From Candidatus Obscuribacteraceae bacterium (lineage in GTDB: Bacteria; Cyanobacteriota; Vampirovibrionia; Obscuribacterales; Obscuribacteraceae), in NCBI GenBank assembly GCA_044226015.1, contig JBGAHS010000001.1:1322611-1386610 (forward strand): DNA of 64,000 nt. The letters run 5' to 3'. Position numbers and translations under genes: made by a program. This document shows positions 60,315-64,000 of this stretch, piece after piece; the stretch's first letter is position 1, and every line of letters begins with the position of its first letter. The notes under the pieces are model-generated. The model did not search any database and was not told the DNA's origin. It saw nothing but the letters and a program-made list of their open reading frames with translations.

Positions 60315-62012
60315 ATGAACATCTTTGCAGCGGTCAAAGAGGATCACAAACTTTTTGATAAACATCAAGGCACTCTGGATAAAGCAATCGAGGCAATTCA
60401 CAAACGTGAATTCTATGGTGCATTTGAAGAAATGCCCTCACCCAAAGTGTACGGTGAGACCGCTGAAGCAGATCAGAAAAAACACTTTGAGTCGCAACTC
60501 AAGAACAAATTTGAGCGCTTAAAACAATCCAGCGATGCCTGGCTAAACAGTGATGAGAGCAGCCCCTACACGGGCGAATCCCTGGGATTGAGTTACCCGG
60601 CATTTACGGATCCGGCTAAATATGTAGCGGCTGCTGAATCCGCTGCTGCAGATTGGAAGCGCACTGATGCTCAAACACGTGCAGGAATCCTCGTGGAAAG
60701 TCTGTTCCGAGTGAAAGACCATTTCCATGAACTTGCATTTGCAACGATGCATACAACTGGTCAATCCTACATGATGAGCTTCCAGGCAAGCGGACCGCAT
60801 GCTGCAGACCGCGCAATGGAAGCGATTGCACTGGGCTATCAGGAATTGACCCGTTTTCCAAATAAGTTTTTGTGGGAAAAACCAGCGGGGAAAGTGACTC
60901 TGAAGCTGGAGAAATTTATCACCACGGTTCCAAAAGGTGTGAGCCTTGCAATTGGCTGTGCAACATTCCCCACGTGGAACTCGGTTCCAGGCATTTATGC
61001 CAGTTTGATTACTGGAAATCCGGTTATTGTAAAACCGCATCCGAAGGCTATTTATCCAATTGCGATTGTAATAGAACACTTGCAGGCAGTGTTGGCGGAA
61101 AATGGATTTTCCGCCGACCTGGTTTTGCTTGCGGCCGATACTGAGCAGAAGCCAATTACGAAGCAACTTGCCGAAGATTCAAGAGTGAAAATAATTGATT
61201 TCACAGGTAGCAGTGTTTTTGGAAAGTACATTGAATCCCTTCCGAACAAAATCACATTCACCGAAAAGGCTGGAGTCAACAGCATTTTGATTGATAGCGT
61301 TGAAGATCTTAATGCAATGGCTCAGAACGTGGCGTTCAGTCTCTGCCTTTACAGTGGGCAAATGTGCACAGCTCCGCAGAACTTCTTTATTCCCAAAGAT
61401 GGTATCAAAGCTGGTGGCGAGCATGTGAGCTTCGATGCTGTTAGAGATGCCATCGTTAACGCTATCAAAGGTCTATGTGCTCATCCAAAGATGGGACCAG
61501 CCGTCTGCGCTGCGCTCCAGAGTGAAGCTACTTCAAAGCGAGTACAATCGGTTAAGGAATCTGGTGGCAAAGTTCTGCTAGAGAGCGGACCCATTGCAAA
61601 CCCAGATTTCCCAAATGTTCGCTCGGCTACACCTATTTTGTTCGAAGCAAGCAGCAAGGACAAAGCCAAGTTTGAAAGCGAGTTGTTCGGACCAATAGCG
61701 TTCATAATTCAAACTTCCGGGATCGATGAAAGTATTGAGCTCGCATCGTCGATAGCGCAGGAGCATGGTGCTATAAGCTGTGGGGCTTATACAACAGATT
61801 CAACTTGCATGGATAAAATTGCGCAGCGCATGGCGGAAGTGGGAACTCCAGTTTCCTTCAATCTGACCGGTGGAATCTATGTGAACCAGCACGCGGGCTT
61901 CTCCGATTTCCACGTGACTGGCGGAAATCCCTCGGGAAATGCAAGTCTCACGGATCCGGAATTTGTGCTCAAGCGTTTCAATCGGGTCCAAGCTCGCATC
62001 AATCGCGGTTAA
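60315..62012 (+). CDS. paaN: PaaN-type aldehyde dehydrogenase family protein
   Basis: HTTGQSYMMSFQASGPHA, IGCATFPTWNS, EKAGVNS, catalytic LYSGQMCTAPQN and FSDFHVTGGNP. I prefer the ATG at 60315. Confidence 0.9.
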   Translation: MNIFAAVKEDHKLFDKHQGTLDKAIEAIHKREFYGAFEEMPSPKVYGETAEADQKKHFESQLKNKFERLKQSSDAWLNSDESSPYTGESLGLSYPAFTDPAKYVAAAESAAADWKRTDAQTRAGILVESLFRVKDHFHELAFATMHTTGQSYMMSFQASGPHAADRAMEAIALGYQELTRFPNKFLWEKPAGKVTLKLEKFITTVPKGVSLAIGCATFPTWNSVPGIYASLITGNPVIVKPHPKAIYPIAIVIEHLQAVLAENGFSADLVLLAADTEQKPITKQLAEDSRVKIIDFTGSSVFGKYIESLPNKITFTEKAGVNSILIDSVEDLNAMAQNVAFSLCLYSGQMCTAPQNFFIPKDGIKAGGEHVSFDAVRDAIVNAIKGLCAHPKMGPAVCAALQSEATSKRVQSVKESGGKVLLESGPIANPDFPNVRSATPILFEASSKDKAKFESELFGPIAFIIQTSGIDESIELASSIAQEHGAISCGAYTTDSTCMDKIAQRMAEVGTPVSFNLTGGIYVNQHAGFSDFHVTGGNPSGNASLTDPEFVLKRFNRVQARINRG

Positions 62013-62049
62013 AACAGTTAGGGCAAAGCTGCCTCTTCTACTTGCAGCT

Positions 62050-62408
62050 TGTTCTTGCCAGCTGCGGGTAGCTTGCGGATTCGGTGCTTGTCAGCTGGGT
62101 AACTATGTGTGCTTGCCAGCTGCGGGGTTAACTTGCAGCATGTGTGCTCGCCTTCTGTGGGTAACTTGCGGATTCGGTGCTGGCCGGCTGCAGGGGAACT
62201 CGCAGCATGTGAGCTCGCCAGCTGTGGGTAGCTTGCATCATGCGTGCTCGCCTTCTGCGGGTAACTTGCGGATTCGGTGCTTGTCAGCTTGGGTAATTAT
62301 GTGTGCTTGCCAGCTGCAGGGGAACTTGCAGCATGTGTGCTCGCCTTCTGTGGGTAACTTGCGGATTCGGTGCTTGCCAGCTGCAGGCTAGAGTTGCAGC
62401 ATATGTGC
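62050..62408. repeat. Degenerate ~33-bp GC-rich tandem array (about 11 units) with a higher-order duplication
   Basis: TGCT(T/C)GCC(AG/TT)CTG.GGGTAACTTGC(AGCATGTG/GGATTCGG) units. Confidence 0.85.
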
Positions 62409-62620
62409 CGCTGCAGCTTGGTTTGGGCAAGATTGCCCGAGGTCATGCGAATTTCATCAAGGTCACGCAGAGTCCTCCGTGCAAAATCTTGTGGTCCGCA
62501 TCAATTGCGCCTTGTTACGCTGTGCGATCCTCCAAAATGTAAAGGATCAGTCCTTGACTCGCCGTTCTGAGCTTGAGATCTGCGATAATCCCCATGTTTC
62601 GCGGTTTTGGAGTGTAAAAC

Positions 62621-63808
62621 ATGGAGATTTCCAACAGGTTGAAAGCTATTCCTCCTTATGTATTTGCTGAATTAGATAAGAAACGAGCAGTCGTTGCAGC
62701 AAGAGGAGTTGATGTAATCAATTTGGGTATTGGTGACCCTGACCAGCCTACTCCGAAGCACGTTGTAGATGCTATGAAAGCAGCTTTGGACAATCCGCTC
62801 AATCACCGATATCCCCCTTTCGGTGGAACCAAGGAATACAAAGAAGCTGCTGTTGAATGGTGCAAAAAGCGTTTCAACATCGACATCGACGCTGCAACCG
62901 AAATCACCTCATTGATTGGATCAAAAGAAGGAATTCACAATGTGATTGCTGCGTTTGTTGATCCTGGTGATATCAGCTTGATTCCTGACCCAGCTTATCC
63001 AGTCTACAAATCTTCCACTATTCTGGCTGGTGGAACTCCTCATCCAATGCCGATGTTGGCAAAGAATGATTTCCTCGTAGACCTCGAGGCTATTCCAGAA
63101 GATGTGGCGAAGAAAGCCAAAATCATGTTCTTGAATTATCCGAACAACCCAACAGGTGCCGTTTGTGATCTGGCTTATCTAGAAAAAGCCGTTGCATTCG
63201 CGCGTAAACATAATCTACTTTTCGTACATGACCTTGCGTATTCGGAAATGGCTTTCGATGGTTATGTTCCTCATTCTGTGTTTGAAGTCGCTGGAGCAAA
63301 AGACGTTGCAATCGAATTACACAGCTTGTCCAAAGCACACAATATGACCGGTTGGAGAATTGGATTTGCAATTGGAAATGCATATGCAATTAAGGCCCTT
63401 GCTCAAATAAAGTCGAATGTTGACACCGATGTTTTCAAAGCTGTTCAGTGTGCGGCAATCGCGGCTTTCAAGGGCGGTAATGAAGACATCGAACGTTGCA
63501 ACAAACTCTATAGGGAACGTCGCGACGTTGCGGTTGAAGGTTTCCGAAAGCTCGGTTGGGATGTGAAACCTATAAAAGCTACTTTCTACATGTGGTTGCC
63601 AGTTCCAACGGGCATGACTGCTGCAGAGTTCAGCACACTGATGCTTGAGGAAGCAGGAATTGTTGTTCCTCCTGGTACTGCATATGGTGACTGCGGTGAA
63701 GGCTATTTCCGCCTCTCCCTTTGCACTAGCAAAGAACGGTTGCAAGAAGCCTTTGAACGCATGGAAAAACATTCAGTTCGTTTCGATAGAAACGCAGCGA
63801 AGGTATAG
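62621..63808 (+). CDS. dapL: LL-diaminopimelate aminotransferase
   Basis: PPYVFAELD, LGIGDPDQPTP, LIGSKEG, NYPNNPTG, HDLAYSE and the PLP-lysine motif SLSKAHNMTGWRIG. Confidence 0.88.
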   Translation: MEISNRLKAIPPYVFAELDKKRAVVAARGVDVINLGIGDPDQPTPKHVVDAMKAALDNPLNHRYPPFGGTKEYKEAAVEWCKKRFNIDIDAATEITSLIGSKEGIHNVIAAFVDPGDISLIPDPAYPVYKSSTILAGGTPHPMPMLAKNDFLVDLEAIPEDVAKKAKIMFLNYPNNPTGAVCDLAYLEKAVAFARKHNLLFVHDLAYSEMAFDGYVPHSVFEVAGAKDVAIELHSLSKAHNMTGWRIGFAIGNAYAIKALAQIKSNVDTDVFKAVQCAAIAAFKGGNEDIERCNKLYRERRDVAVEGFRKLGWDVKPIKATFYMWLPVPTGMTAAEFSTLMLEEAGIVVPPGTAYGDCGEGYFRLSLCTSKERLQEAFERMEKHSVRFDRNAAKV

Positions 63809-63874
63809 GCTGACACCTGGACTCATATTCTTGAAAGGTTCGAATTTTGTTCGAACCGTTTTTGGGTCGAAATA

Positions 63875-64000
63875 GGATCGATACCGGTTGGAAACCGAAA
63901 TTGGATCGATACCGGTTGGAAACCGAAATTGGATCGATACCGGTTGGAAACCGAAATTGGATCGATACCGGTTGGAAACCGAAATTGGATCGATACCGGT
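63875..64000 (+). repeat. 28-bp perfect tandem repeat, at least 5 copies, truncated by the window end
   Basis: GGATCGATACCGGTTGGAAACCGAAATT at 63875, 63903, 63931, 63959 and 63987. Confidence 0.95.

Overview
Bacterial chromosomal window of about 30 CDSs, with no rRNA, tRNA or true CRISPR array that I can recognise. Cyanobacteria-like housekeeping genes (ylqD, ccs1/ccsA, sds, dapL, a group-2-like sigma-70) occur with no photosynthesis genes, which suggests a non-photosynthetic cyanobacterial relative such as Melainabacteria/Vampirovibrionia (inference only). The left half holds an LRV/HEAT-repeat gene missed by the ORF track, an MshEN-like/DUF4388 protein, an orphan OmpR regulator, an orphan BREX PglX-like methyltransferase and a 19.3 kb giant secreted adhesin-like gene. 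The right half holds a multidomain diguanylate cyclase, an IS1595-derived gene lacking a recognisable DDE core, a solo and diverged type III CRISPR Cas7 (Csx7/Csm3-like RAMP) gene, an MBOAT/SGNH O-acylation pair and metabolic genes. The most unusual signals are: (1) the solo Cas7-like gene, which has a strongly structured leader and lies between two repeat arrays; (2) seven intergenic tandem arrays of different unit length (28-119 bp) that share the core (A/G)(T)CGATACCG(G/T/A)T; (3) three defence or mobile genes (Cas7, PglX, IS1595 transposase) found alone and apparently remodelled; (4) a three-way-junction RNA candidate upstream of the sigma factor. All family calls come from motif recognition by eye, not from database searches.
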